Assembly: GCA_946539445.1 (NCBI GenBank)
Contig: CAMNHK010000001.1
Location: 9,845 to 73,844, forward strand
Direction: 5' to 3'
Origin: an uncultured Bacillales bacterium
Lineage (GTDB): Bacteria; Bacillota_I; Bacilli_A; RF39; UBA660
DNA: 64,000 nucleotides
A model generated the notes under the pieces. It searched no databases and was not told the origin of the DNA. It saw only the letters and a program-made list of their open reading frames with translations. Below, in pieces: positions 39,251 through 49,572 of this stretch (position 1 is its first letter; the number at the start of each line of letters is the position of its first letter). Position numbers and translations under genes: made by a program.

Positions 39251-41440
39251 ATGAAGGTTATCAAGAGAGATGGTCATGCGGTCGAATACATGCCATCTAA
39301 AATCGAAGATGCCATCGAAAAAGCAAACTTGGAAGTGGAAGAAGAAGATAGGGCTTCTTCAACACAGATTAAAAATATTATCAAGTATATTGAACAGTTA
39401 GGAAAAAAGAGAATCCTTGTAGAAGATATACAAGATATTATTGAAATGAAATTAATGAGTATTGGAAAGTTTGCTTTGGCAAAACATTATATTACGTATC
39501 GCTATCGTAGGGAACTAGTGAGACGTAGTAATACGACAGATCAATCAATTAGGGAGTTGATTGATGGTGGTAGTGAATACTGGAATACAGAGAATTCCCA
39601 TAAAGATGCGAAAGTAGTGACAACACAAAGAGACTATTTAGCGGGAATTACAAGTACGGATATTACGAAGAGATTTTTACTTCCTGAGGATATTGTGGAA
39701 GCTCATGAAGCAGGAATTATCCATTTTCATGATGCGGATTATTATGCACAAAATGCATTACATAATTGTGATTTGATTAATCTAGAAGATATGCTTCAAA
39801 ATGGAACGAATATGAATGGTGTGATGATTGAAAAGCCTCATCGCTTTTTAACGGCGATGTCTATTGCGACTCAAATTATTACGGCTGTTACTTCTTCTCA
39901 ATATGGAGGAGCAACGATTACTCTTACTCATTTAGCTCCTTTTGTGAAAAGTAGTAGAGAGTACTATGAGAAAAAATATAAAGCTAGAAAATTATCCAAA
40001 GAACAAATTGAAAAGTTTGTAGAAGAAGATTTAAAAAAAGAAATTACGGATGGAGTTCAAACGTTCCAATATCAAATTAATTCTTTAACCAATACGAATG
40101 GACAAGTTCCTTTCTTAAGTGTCAATATGTATTTAGGAGAGACAGATGAATATAAAGAAGAACTTGCGATGATTATTGAAGAAGTCTTAAAACAAAGAAT
40201 TGAAGGAATGAAAAATGAAAAAGGAGTTTGGATTACTCCAGCATTTCCTAAACTTTTATATGTGTTAGAAGAAGATAATGTACGTCCAAAGAGTAAGTAT
40301 TATTATCTTACAAAATTAGCGGCGAAATGTACGGCGAAAAGAATGGTACCTGACTATATTTCTGAAAAAGTGATGAAAGAGTTAAAGAAAAATGAATTGG
40401 GAGAAGGGGATTGTTATCCATGTATGGGTTGTCGATCTTTCTTAACACCTGACAGAACCATTTCTCTTGGAAATATGGCAAAGGCAAAGAACTATGTTCC
40501 GGGTAAGGGAAAATATTATGGAAGATTTAATCAAGGGGTTGTTACTTTAAATCTTGTAGATGTTGCGTTAAGTAGTCATCAGGATATGGATGAATTTTGG
40601 AAGATATTGGATGATCGTTTAGAGATTTGTCATCGTGCTCTACAATGTCGTCATAAGAGATTATCAAGAGTTACAAGTGATGTTGCGCCTATTTTGTGGC
40701 AACATGGAGCTCTTGCTCGATTAGAAAAGGGAGAGTCTATTCATGAATTGTTGCATCATGGATATTCTACGATTTCTCTTGGGTATGCTGGTCTTTATGA
40801 ATGTGTGAAATATATGACAGGACATTCTCATACAGATAATGGGGAAGGAAAAGAATTTGGATTATCTGTTATGCAAAAGTTAAATGATGCTTGCAAAGTT
40901 TGGAAAGAAGCAGAAGACATTGATTATTCTGTTTATGGAACTCCTATTGAATCAACGACCTATAAGTTTGCACAAGCTTTAAGAGATCGTTTTGGAGTGA
41001 TTAAGGGAATTACTGATCGAGATTATATTACGAATAGTTATCATGTTCCTGTTTTTGAAGAAATTGATGCTTTTACAAAATTAAAGTTAGAAAGTGAGTT
41101 TCAAAGACTTTCTCCAGGAGGAGCTATTTCTTATATTGAAACCGCTGATTTGAATCATAATATAGATTCTGTATTAGAAGTAATTCATTTTATTTATGAT
41201 AATATCATGTATGCAGAATTAAATACAAAGTCTGATTATTGTCAAGCATGTGGATTTGATGGAGAAATCTTAATTGATGATAATTTGGAATGGTATTGTC
41301 CAAATTGTGGAAATCGAGATCAAACGAAAATGAATGTAGCTCGTCGTACTTGTGGTTATATCGGAAATAATTTCTGGAATCGTGGTAGAACCCAAGAAAT
41401 CAAAGAGAGAGTGATTCATTTGGATAATAAGGATTTATAA
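39251..41440 (+). CDS. nrdD: anaerobic ribonucleoside-triphosphate reductase
   Basis: ATP-cone N-terminus. C-terminal CxxC..CxxC zinc site. Glycyl-radical motif RRTCGYIG. Confidence 0.92.
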   Translation: MKVIKRDGHAVEYMPSKIEDAIEKANLEVEEEDRASSTQIKNIIKYIEQLGKKRILVEDIQDIIEMKLMSIGKFALAKHYITYRYRRELVRRSNTTDQSIRELIDGGSEYWNTENSHKDAKVVTTQRDYLAGITSTDITKRFLLPEDIVEAHEAGIIHFHDADYYAQNALHNCDLINLEDMLQNGTNMNGVMIEKPHRFLTAMSIATQIITAVTSSQYGGATITLTHLAPFVKSSREYYEKKYKARKLSKEQIEKFVEEDLKKEITDGVQTFQYQINSLTNTNGQVPFLSVNMYLGETDEYKEELAMIIEEVLKQRIEGMKNEKGVWITPAFPKLLYVLEEDNVRPKSKYYYLTKLAAKCTAKRMVPDYISEKVMKELKKNELGEGDCYPCMGCRSFLTPDRTISLGNMAKAKNYVPGKGKYYGRFNQGVVTLNLVDVALSSHQDMDEFWKILDDRLEICHRALQCRHKRLSRVTSDVAPILWQHGALARLEKGESIHELLHHGYSTISLGYAGLYECVKYMTGHSHTDNGEGKEFGLSVMQKLNDACKVWKEAEDIDYSVYGTPIESTTYKFAQALRDRFGVIKGITDRDYITNSYHVPVFEEIDAFTKLKLESEFQRLSPGGAISYIETADLNHNIDSVLEVIHFIYDNIMYAELNTKSDYCQACGFDGEILIDDNLEWYCPNCGNRDQTKMNVARRTCGYIGNNFWNRGRTQEIKERVIHLDNKDL

Positions 41441-41931
41441 TGCGATATCATAAGATACGAAAGATGGATATTTCGAATGGTCCAGGAGTTCGGGTATCCA
41501 TTTTCTTTCAGGGATGTAGTTTTCATTGTAAAGGATGCTTTAATCCGGAAACTTGGGATTTTCAAGGAGGAGAAGAATTTGGAGAAGAACAAATTCAGAG
41601 GATTCTTGAGTTGGCTCGAGAAGATTATATTACAGGTCTTTCTATTTTAGGGGGAGAACCAATGCATCCTAATACGATTGAGGGTACTTTGATGCTTACT
41701 AAAAGATTTAAAAAAGCTTATCCTTCTAAGACAATCTGGGCTTGGTCTGGATTTTTATTGGAAGACTTAATGGGAAAAGAGGTTTTGTCTTATTTAGATG
41801 TACTAGTAGATGGACCTTTTGTGGAGTCTCTTCGAAATCCTAATTTGAAATGGAAGGGATCTTCCAATCAACGTGTCATTGATGTTTCGAAAAGTTTAAA
41901 AGAAAACAAAGTAATATTATATGAGGAGTGA
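41440..41931 (+). CDS. nrdG: anaerobic RNR activating protein
   Basis: CSFHCKGCFNPETW radical-SAM motif. 163 aa. ATGA overlap with nrdD. Confidence 0.88.
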   Translation: MRYHKIRKMDISNGPGVRVSIFFQGCSFHCKGCFNPETWDFQGGEEFGEEQIQRILELAREDYITGLSILGGEPMHPNTIEGTLMLTKRFKKAYPSKTIWAWSGFLLEDLMGKEVLSYLDVLVDGPFVESLRNPNLKWKGSSNQRVIDVSKSLKENKVILYEE

Positions 41932-41936
41932 AATAT

Positions 41937-42395
41937 ATGAAAAAATGTAGAGGATTTGAAATTGCGAAAGGTTGGGAAGATAAAGATATTCATTTACCGG
42001 TTCGAAAAACCGCTCATTCGGCTGGTTATGATGTGGAAGCAGCAGAGGATATTGTTATACCTAAGTTTGTTCCTGGTATTAAACCAACGTTAATTCCCAC
42101 AGGATTAAAAGCATATTGTGGAGAAGATGAATGCTATTTGCTATTAAATCGTAGTAGTGGTCCGAAAAAAGGATTTTTAATGGCTAATAGTGTTGGCTTA
42201 ATCGATAGTGATTATTATGAGAATCCAGATAATGATGGACATTTCTTTTTTGCCTATTTTAATTGCAGTGATCATGATATTGAGGTGAAAAAAGGAGATG
42301 TTATTGGACAAGTAGTATTCCAAAAATATCTTATTTGTGATGATGATCAAGCAACCGGAAAAAGAACTGGTGGATTTGGTTCCACAGATAAATAA
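41937..42395 (+). CDS. dut: dUTP diphosphatase
   Basis: Trimeric dUTPase motifs (AGYD, GLIDSDY, R.GGFGSTD). TGAGGAG RBS. Confidence 0.8.
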   Translation: MKKCRGFEIAKGWEDKDIHLPVRKTAHSAGYDVEAAEDIVIPKFVPGIKPTLIPTGLKAYCGEDECYLLLNRSSGPKKGFLMANSVGLIDSDYYENPDNDGHFFFAYFNCSDHDIEVKKGDVIGQVVFQKYLICDDDQATGKRTGGFGSTDK

Positions 42396-42457
42396 AGATT
42401 TCATTGCTTTTCTCTTTTTTATTCGATACAATTATTATGAAGGATAAGGTGAAAGAA

Positions 42458-42985
42458 ATGAAAAAGAATATGAAACTGATTCTTGCTTTAATTATTTCTT
42501 TGGTTCTTTTTTTTACGGTTATTATACTTATTTCAAAAGCGAATAAGAATATTGAGATTACCAAAGAAGTTCGACAAGAATTAAGAAGTTTAATACCAAC
42601 TCATTGTGGTGGGTATGATGAAGAATTGTATCAAGATAAAAAAATTGTACCAGAAGATATTTCAAAGAAAACCAATGAAGATTGTAGTTCCAAGGATATA
42701 CATTTAACTTTTACAAGTGAGAAATCGATTACAGTTTCTAGGAAAAAAGTGTATTTATATGATTATGTTCTGATTTATTCTTTGTATGGTGAAGGGGAAG
42801 ACCACATACAATGGGCTAATCAATATAATCATTTTCAAAAGGAATTAAAGGTTCAGTTTATGGAAGGAAATCAGGCAAAACCAACGAAGGAGTCCTTTTT
42901 AGAGTATGCTCGTGTTTATAAGTATACTTTTAAGAAGGAAAAAGATGGTTTTCATTTATTAAGTGTTGAACCTGTAAAATCTTAA
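42458..42985 (+). CDS. hypothetical secreted/membrane-anchored protein
   Basis: AAGGTGAAAG RBS. N-terminal signal anchor. No motifs. Confidence 0.4.
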   Translation: MKKNMKLILALIISLVLFFTVIILISKANKNIEITKEVRQELRSLIPTHCGGYDEELYQDKKIVPEDISKKTNEDCSSKDIHLTFTSEKSITVSRKKVYLYDYVLIYSLYGEGEDHIQWANQYNHFQKELKVQFMEGNQAKPTKESFLEYARVYKYTFKKEKDGFHLLSVEPVKS

Positions 42986-43047
42986 TTTTGGAAATTTACA
43001 AATGAATAATTCTTTGTTAAAATTAAATAATAGAGGTGGTATGTGAA

Positions 43048-46000
43048 ATGATAAAGGCTAGAAAAAAAATTTTTGTACTTGTTATATTTGCTTTCATTGC
43101 GGCAATTTCTGTTTTTGGAATACTGAAATTAAAAAATTATTATAGTTCTTCTATCGGACAGAATAACAAGGAATATCGTTATGAAGATAGTTATGTAGAC
43201 TATGTTTCAGAAATTGATTATAGTACTTTAGATGAAGGTACGGTTTATGTTAATAAAAAAGTAGAAGTAGAGGATGAAACCCCTGAAGATATTTTCTTTA
43301 TTACATTATCAAGTTATGCTCCTTATTTGACTTCTCAAGATTCTTATGTAACAGAAGATATTTTGTTTGAAGATGTGCTTGGCGATTTTGTTTCTTTTTC
43401 TTATATTGTTAGTCTAGATGATAATGGAACTATCTATAGTGAGGCTAATGAAGAACAAATTAGCGGAGGTTCTCGCTATACTTGGGATGCTTTCCCTGGA
43501 ATGTATGTAGAAACTGTTTCAGACGATTCTGATATCGTTACCGTTAAATGGTTTATTCCTCAAGAATTAACGACTCATCATTTTGATTTGAAATATTCTG
43601 CTACTGTTAATGGTTCTGATTATTGGGAAGATCTTCCTTATGTAAATGATTATACTCGTACTGGAATGTATCAGTCTAATAATTCTTGTATTGCTACCTA
43701 TAATCTAACAAATGCTAGTTATTATCAAGCTATCAGCGAAGAAAAAGAAGAATTGGATCAAAATGTTTTTTGGGAACACAATGAAACTGGATTAGAACAA
43801 AATAAATACGCTCGTCGTTCTTCGATTGATGGAAATCAAGTAACAGTAGAACTTGGAAATGTTGGACGTTTCTATTATTATGGTGGATTTACCGTTACGA
43901 CGATTTATGAAGGGGTAGATCCAGATGAATATCCTGAATATACAGAGGAATTTCGATATGGAGATTCTTACTGTGCATATGAGCCTGATACTTTGGATCC
44001 AACTAGTTTAATTAGTGCTTATAATGATGCTACTGATAGTGATGATCCTTGTGGTGTAATTGATGGGTCCGATGTAACTGTTACATTATCTTATGAAGAT
44101 ACAGCAAAACCAATTAACTATACTGTTTATTATTATTCAGACGTTAACATTTTAGATTTCTATACGGATACTACAACAGAAAGAGAAGTTTGTCCTACTA
44201 TTAAAAATTTTGATGGTTATCGATATACTGGAACGGATACTTGTTTCCCTATTAGTGAAACTAGTTACGAAATCTATTTGCCTTATGAGAAAATTGCAAG
44301 TTACACTGTAACGACTCACTATGTTGATCTTAATAACAATCAGGAATTTAGTACACCTAAAGTAGATACATACAATGATGGTGATGAGTATTATACCGTT
44401 ATCGCTGAATTTGCTGGTTATGAATATGATTCTGATTCTGGAAATACTTATGGAACAGTTCATGAAAATATTGATGTTTATTATTACTATTACTCTACTG
44501 GTGGAAGTAGTGTCTCTTCTATTTCTTTTATGTATAAGGATTTAGATGGAAATACAATTAAGCCTTTAACTAGTGTTACGGTTGATAAGGGGTCTCAGTA
44601 TTGTGTAGGTTCTGCACCTACTATTACCGGGTATGAATATGTTTCAACGACTTTTCCAGATAATCAAGAATGTTTTAATGTTGAAGGAGATGCATATTTA
44701 GTTATTTACAATTATCGATTAAATAAAGTTACTTTCACTTTTAATTATTATGCACATAGTGATCAAGGTGATGGTGATGAAGTGATTCATATTCCTACTT
44801 CGAAGGAATACAATGTTGGTTATGCTTACAATATTACACCATTAGAAATTGAAAACTATACATTTGATACTTCTTCAGAGCCTCTTCAAGGAACTGTTAC
44901 AAGTAATTTAGAGATAAATTTATATTATGTACCTAAGGTAGCTAATTATACAGTTCGAGTTTCTTATTTAGGAGAAGATCGAGATCAAACATATACAGGT
45001 ACTCTTAATTATGGAGATAATTATGATTTCAGTATTTATCAAGATACTTCTTCTGATTATTCTCTATATAGTACAGAGGGTGATTCTGTTTCTGGTGTTG
45101 TTAATCAAGATACTTATGAAGTTACTTTCTATTATATGAGGCGTCAAGTAACATTAACAAATCATTTTGTTGATACTAGTTATCAAGAGGTTGCTACTTC
45201 TACAACTGCCATTGCTAATTATGGAACAAATATCAATGATTATATATTAACGGGGGATAGTATACCATCTATTGAAGGATATACTTATTTAAGAACAGAG
45301 CATGATGGTGGCGATACAGTAGATAGTAGTAATACCGGAATTTGGTATATTTATCAAATGAAGAGTTCTACTATTACGGTTCATTATGTGACGGAAGATG
45401 GTCAAACGATTCAAGAAGATTCTAGTTATACAAAGAATTATTTTGATACTTATAGTGTAGAGCCTCCAACTATTTTTGGTTATCTATATAAAGAAGTTAG
45501 AGGAGATGCCACTTCTGCTACGATTAATAAAGATTCTTATGATATTACGTTTGTATATCAAGTAAAACCAGCTACTTTGACCGTTCATCATTATTCTAAT
45601 GATGGAAATGATACTAAAGTTGCAAGTGACGAAGTATTTGATTTACATTATTTTGATACATATCAAACTTCTGCTGTTGATACTACGAATTTAGATTATG
45701 AGTTTGATCGTGTTTCTGGAGATCCTGTTAATGGAACGATGGAAAAAGATAGTGTTGAAGTTACTTATTATTATGCTATTAAACGTGGAACCGTAAAGAC
45801 TTACCATTATTTATATGATAATGGAGAAACTACTACTACGGTTGCTCCTATGGTTAGTAACACTTACGATTATGGAACTAATTATACAACCGAGTCTTCT
45901 AGTGAGGCTTTGGTAGAATATGATTTCTATTCTCGTAGTACGAATTATGTAGGAGTTGTTCGTGAGCCTGTTATTGAAGTATATTATTACTATCAAGTAA

Positions 46001-46992
46001 AAAGTAGTGGTTTAACCACTAGTGTTAGTCAAACTGCCACTGAGAAAATAACCAGTTTAGATACTCCAGTATCTTATGAAATTACGTATGATGCTGCTAT
46101 TGAAAACTATACAGGAGATGCTACTATTACTCTTGTAGATACTCTTCCATATGCTATTAATGTTTCAGAATCTAATTTAGATGGTGGAACTTACAATGAA
46201 AGTGATCGTACGATTACTTGGACCGTTAATTGGAATGGTATTGATGGTAGTGGTTCTAAGAAAATTACTAAAAACTTAACCATGGCTTATTTAGAGATTT
46301 CTCCTTATGAAAGGGTTATGGTTAATGAAGTAAAAGGTAAGATTGTTACCGATGAGGATCAACGTGAAGTCGTTAATCAAACTTCTACTGCTATTGAAAT
46401 TAAAGGAAAGATTTTGGTTCATTTCTTAGAGGTAGATACGAATCGTGAATTATCTGCTACGGTTGAACATGAAGATTTAGTAGGAGAAAGATATGTAGTA
46501 ACTCCTGCTGATATTCCAGGATTTGAAGTAGTGGAAGGTCCTGATACAGAAGAATATGTAGTTGAGATGGATGTCCAAGAAATCACTTATTACTACGATG
46601 TTCGTCATTTAAAGATTCAAACTATTGTTAATGGCAATGGTGGAACTGTTGAAGGAGACGAAACCGTTTTATGGGGTGAAGATTCTACCGATGACAAGAT
46701 TGTTGTTAAGGCAGATGAAGGATATGTTATTCAAAGTATTGTTATTAATGGTACAAATTTGAATATTCCACTTAACCAAACAGAATATACGATTGATGCT
46801 TTCAAAGAAATGATGGAAGATAAAGTAATTGAAGTTACTTTCCATAAGGGATTAATTGTTAATCCAGAAACATCCAATCCATTTACAAGATTATGGCTTG
46901 CTCTTATCCCTGCTTTAATAGCATTCGGAGTTTATAAGAAAGATTCTTTAAAGAAAATTTATCGTCGTGTAAGTCATTCTATTAGTAAATAA
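43048..46992 (+). CDS. very large surface adhesin with MucBP-like repeats and a DUF11-like domain. Putative non-canonical C-terminal sorting signal.
   Basis: Signal anchor. At least 8 modules ending in the Y.VT.YY(V/M) beta-strand signature typical of MucBP. TITLVDTLPY...DRTITWTV resembles the DUF11 conserved repeat. C-terminus NPETS plus a hydrophobic stretch plus a KK.RR tail. Confidence 0.6.
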   Translation: MIKARKKIFVLVIFAFIAAISVFGILKLKNYYSSSIGQNNKEYRYEDSYVDYVSEIDYSTLDEGTVYVNKKVEVEDETPEDIFFITLSSYAPYLTSQDSYVTEDILFEDVLGDFVSFSYIVSLDDNGTIYSEANEEQISGGSRYTWDAFPGMYVETVSDDSDIVTVKWFIPQELTTHHFDLKYSATVNGSDYWEDLPYVNDYTRTGMYQSNNSCIATYNLTNASYYQAISEEKEELDQNVFWEHNETGLEQNKYARRSSIDGNQVTVELGNVGRFYYYGGFTVTTIYEGVDPDEYPEYTEEFRYGDSYCAYEPDTLDPTSLISAYNDATDSDDPCGVIDGSDVTVTLSYEDTAKPINYTVYYYSDVNILDFYTDTTTEREVCPTIKNFDGYRYTGTDTCFPISETSYEIYLPYEKIASYTVTTHYVDLNNNQEFSTPKVDTYNDGDEYYTVIAEFAGYEYDSDSGNTYGTVHENIDVYYYYYSTGGSSVSSISFMYKDLDGNTIKPLTSVTVDKGSQYCVGSAPTITGYEYVSTTFPDNQECFNVEGDAYLVIYNYRLNKVTFTFNYYAHSDQGDGDEVIHIPTSKEYNVGYAYNITPLEIENYTFDTSSEPLQGTVTSNLEINLYYVPKVANYTVRVSYLGEDRDQTYTGTLNYGDNYDFSIYQDTSSDYSLYSTEGDSVSGVVNQDTYEVTFYYMRRQVTLTNHFVDTSYQEVATSTTAIANYGTNINDYILTGDSIPSIEGYTYLRTEHDGGDTVDSSNTGIWYIYQMKSSTITVHYVTEDGQTIQEDSSYTKNYFDTYSVEPPTIFGYLYKEVRGDATSATINKDSYDITFVYQVKPATLTVHHYSNDGNDTKVASDEVFDLHYFDTYQTSAVDTTNLDYEFDRVSGDPVNGTMEKDSVEVTYYYAIKRGTVKTYHYLYDNGETTTTVAPMVSNTYDYGTNYTTESSSEALVEYDFYSRSTNYVGVVREPVIEVYYYYQVKSSGLTTSVSQTATEKITSLDTPVSYEITYDAAIENYTGDATITLVDTLPYAINVSESNLDGGTYNESDRTITWTVNWNGIDGSGSKKITKNLTMAYLEISPYERVMVNEVKGKIVTDEDQREVVNQTSTAIEIKGKILVHFLEVDTNRELSATVEHEDLVGERYVVTPADIPGFEVVEGPDTEEYVVEMDVQEITYYYDVRHLKIQTIVNGNGGTVEGDETVLWGEDSTDDKIVVKADEGYVIQSIVINGTNLNIPLNQTEYTIDAFKEMMEDKVIEVTFHKGLIVNPETSNPFTRLWLALIPALIAFGVYKKDSLKKIYRRVSHSISK

Positions 46993-47087
46993 AAGTCAGT
47001 GCTAGTGCATTGACTTTTTCTTTTTATTTGCATTTTTTTCTAAAATATGATATAATTAAGCCCAGTTAAAAAAGAGGGGGTTATATT

Positions 47088-48374
47088 ATGAGTAATAAAT
47101 GGAAAGCTGGATTATTAGCAGGTGTCATTGCAGGTTCTGTTATGATTGTAGGTTGTCATTCTAAAAATAAAGATGATGTTGTTTTACCTACTGAGGAGGC
47201 TACTATTACAGAAGTATCCAATGAGCATCTTACTACGGCTTTTGTTTTTTCAGAAGATGGAGAAACTTATTTAGGAGAAATGGAAGTAAATCCTAATATT
47301 TATGATATTTTGTTTTCGCATGGATATTCTTTAGTGGATAATCCTGATATTTCTAGAGAAACTTTAGATTCTTATCAATTTGAAGAATTTCAAAATTCTA
47401 TCGGAGTAACTTCTACTGATGTTAACTTCCGTAATGGACCTAGTACGGATTATGATATTATGGATTCTTTTTATCCAAATACTCCAATTTCATTGGTTGC
47501 TAGATGTGAAAATGGTTGGTATTTAGTAGCAAAAGAGGGTCGTTTAGGCTTTATTCGTGGAGATTATATTGATCAAGTTAGTGAAGAGAATTTGACCACT
47601 CAATTGAGTCAATTATCGGAGGTTGTTCCGGTTGTTTGTGCGATTACGAACGTTAATGTCCGTCCAGATCCAAGTACTACTTATACGGAGTATGGAACTT
47701 TACCTTGTGGTAGTTACTTAGAAATGCTTGAAAGATTAGACAATGGTTGGTATAAAGTTCGTTATGAAGATAAAATTGGTTACGTATGTGGAGATTATGT
47801 ACGTGAACAATGTGCTTTTTCTGGAGAAAATTTACCAATCGTAACAATGCATACAAATGCTAATTTATATTCTTCTCCTTATGGGGATAAAATTGGATCT
47901 ATTCCTACTTATGAAATTGCTCGTGTTGGTGGAGAAGTAGGTGGATATTATTATGTGGAAAGTAATGGACAAATAGGATTCGTGGAAAAAGGAGATTGTA
48001 CTACTCTTCAAGGAGTTTATGTTATAGTAGATATCAGTGAACAGAAAGTTACTTTATACCAAAATGGAGAAGTCTTATTAGTAACAGATGTTGTAACAGG
48101 AAAAGATTCCACCCCAACGGATTTAGGATTATTTAGTTTACAAGCGAAAACAGAAGATACTTACTTAACTGGTGAGGATTATTCGGTTCATGTAAATTAC
48201 TGGATGCCATATAATGGTGGAGAAGGATTGCATGATGCTACTTGGAGAAGTTCCTTTGGAGGACAAATCTATCATAATAGTGGAAGTCATGGATGTGATA
48301 ACTTACCATTAGATGCTGCTCGTACTATCTATGAAAATATTGAAGTAGGAGATAAAGTTTTAGTTAAAAATTAA
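47088..48374 (+). CDS. lipoprotein with three SH3b-like domains and a C-terminal L,D-transpeptidase (YkuD) domain
   Basis: Lipobox IVGC. Three repeats of a VNFR.GPST/VRPDPST...GWY.V pattern. C-terminal HNSGSHGCDN motif characteristic of the Ldt active site. Confidence 0.7.
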   Translation: MSNKWKAGLLAGVIAGSVMIVGCHSKNKDDVVLPTEEATITEVSNEHLTTAFVFSEDGETYLGEMEVNPNIYDILFSHGYSLVDNPDISRETLDSYQFEEFQNSIGVTSTDVNFRNGPSTDYDIMDSFYPNTPISLVARCENGWYLVAKEGRLGFIRGDYIDQVSEENLTTQLSQLSEVVPVVCAITNVNVRPDPSTTYTEYGTLPCGSYLEMLERLDNGWYKVRYEDKIGYVCGDYVREQCAFSGENLPIVTMHTNANLYSSPYGDKIGSIPTYEIARVGGEVGGYYYVESNGQIGFVEKGDCTTLQGVYVIVDISEQKVTLYQNGEVLLVTDVVTGKDSTPTDLGLFSLQAKTEDTYLTGEDYSVHVNYWMPYNGGEGLHDATWRSSFGGQIYHNSGSHGCDNLPLDAARTIYENIEVGDKVLVKN

Positions 48375-48378
48375 TTTA

Positions 48379-48408
48379 GAATAGCAAATGCTATTCTTTT
48401 TTTTTGTT
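48379..48408 (+). terminator. rho-independent terminator
   Basis: AGAATAGCA-AAT-GCTATTCT hairpin plus T-run. Confidence 0.7.
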
Positions 48409-48471
48409 GTTTTGTCGAATGGGTGGAAAGACTTTTTGGTTTGAGGTATTCTTGTTTTGGAAAGGAGGAAT

Positions 48472-49083
48472 ATGGAAGAACTCTTAAACTATGAGGGCTT
48501 GGTGTATCATATCATTACGAAGTATTCTCATCATTATGACCGAGAGGATTTGTATCAAGTTGGTATGATAGGACTTATGGATGCATATCGACATTATAAA
48601 AAGGACTTTTCTACTAAGTTTTCTACTTTTGCTTATTATTATATTGTCGGTGAAATTCATAAATATATTCGAGAAAGTAGTAGTTTAAAAGTGGGTAGAG
48701 ATATTGTTGAATTAAAGAAGAAATTATTAAAAGCAAAAGAAGTTATGGCTCAAAGATTAGGACGAGAACCTACTAACTTAGAATTATCTCTTTTTCTAGA
48801 TATTGAGGAAAAAGAAGTAGATATGGCTCTACTGGCAACGGAAGAAGTGCATCCGTTGGAAGAAGTAGAAGAATTTTATCAAACATTTGATGATACGAGT
48901 CCTGAAATTTTAGATTTGAAATTAGAACTTGATAAATTGCCTAAAGAAGAAAAAGAATTAATTCAAGCTCGTTATTTTGAGGATCTAACCCAAAAAGAGG
49001 TTTCCTCTCGTATGGGAATCAGTCAAGTACAGGTTTCTAGACAAGAAAGTAAAATATTACAAAAATTAAGAAGTCGTTTATAA
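48472..49083 (+). CDS. group-3 sporulation-type sigma factor (SigF/SigG family)
   Basis: AAGGAGGAAT RBS. Region 2 (YQVGMIGLMDAYRHY). Region 4 ends in GISQVQVSRQESKIL, near-identical to the SigF/SigG/SigB ISQVQVSRLEKKIL signature. Only 204 aa. Immediately upstream of spoVA genes. Confidence 0.7.
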   Translation: MEELLNYEGLVYHIITKYSHHYDREDLYQVGMIGLMDAYRHYKKDFSTKFSTFAYYYIVGEIHKYIRESSSLKVGRDIVELKKKLLKAKEVMAQRLGREPTNLELSLFLDIEEKEVDMALLATEEVHPLEEVEEFYQTFDDTSPEILDLKLELDKLPKEEKELIQARYFEDLTQKEVSSRMGISQVQVSRQESKILQKLRSRL

Positions 49084-49128
49084 GGTATTATTTTTCTTTT
49101 TTGGTTCAAATTAATCATAGGTGATACT

Positions 49129-49572
49129 ATGAGAGATTCTTTTTATGAGGAAATTGCGGATTTACATAAAGCCAGGGAAAATAAAATAAAAAATGCTTTT
49201 TTATCTTTTCTTTGTGGTGGTGTTCTAGGATTATTGGGAGAGGGAATTGTGGAAATTCTTGTTTCATTCTTTTCTTTATCTAGGGAGGATGGACTTGTAT
49301 GGATGCTGATATTATTCATTTTTTTGGCTAGTTTTCTTACTTCTCTTGGTATATTTGATCGAATGGTTACTATTTTTCGTTGTGGCTTGTTAATTCCTAT
49401 AACTGGTTTTGCTCATTCTATGACTAGTTGTTGTTTGGATACCAAGACGGAAGGACTCATTTATGGAATGGGGTCCAATGCCTTTAAGTTAGCGGGGACG
49501 GTTTTATTTTATGGAGTTAGTTCCGCTTTTCTATTAGGAGCCGTTCGGTATTTGATTGAGGTGATTGCATGA
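49129..49572 (+). CDS. spoVAC: stage V sporulation protein AC
   Basis: 147-aa 4-TM protein of the SpoVAC/SpoVAEb fold. First gene of a C-D-Eb triad. Confidence 0.7.
   Translation: MRDSFYEEIADLHKARENKIKNAFLSFLCGGVLGLLGEGIVEILVSFFSLSREDGLVWMLILFIFLASFLTSLGIFDRMVTIFRCGLLIPITGFAHSMTSCCLDTKTEGLIYGMGSNAFKLAGTVLFYGVSSAFLLGAVRYLIEVIA

Noticed and set aside
48409-48471. Possible sigma-H-type promoter upstream of the sporulation sigma factor
   Set aside because: Only a partial GAAT -10-like match (GTCGAAT) with no AGGA -35 at the right spacing.
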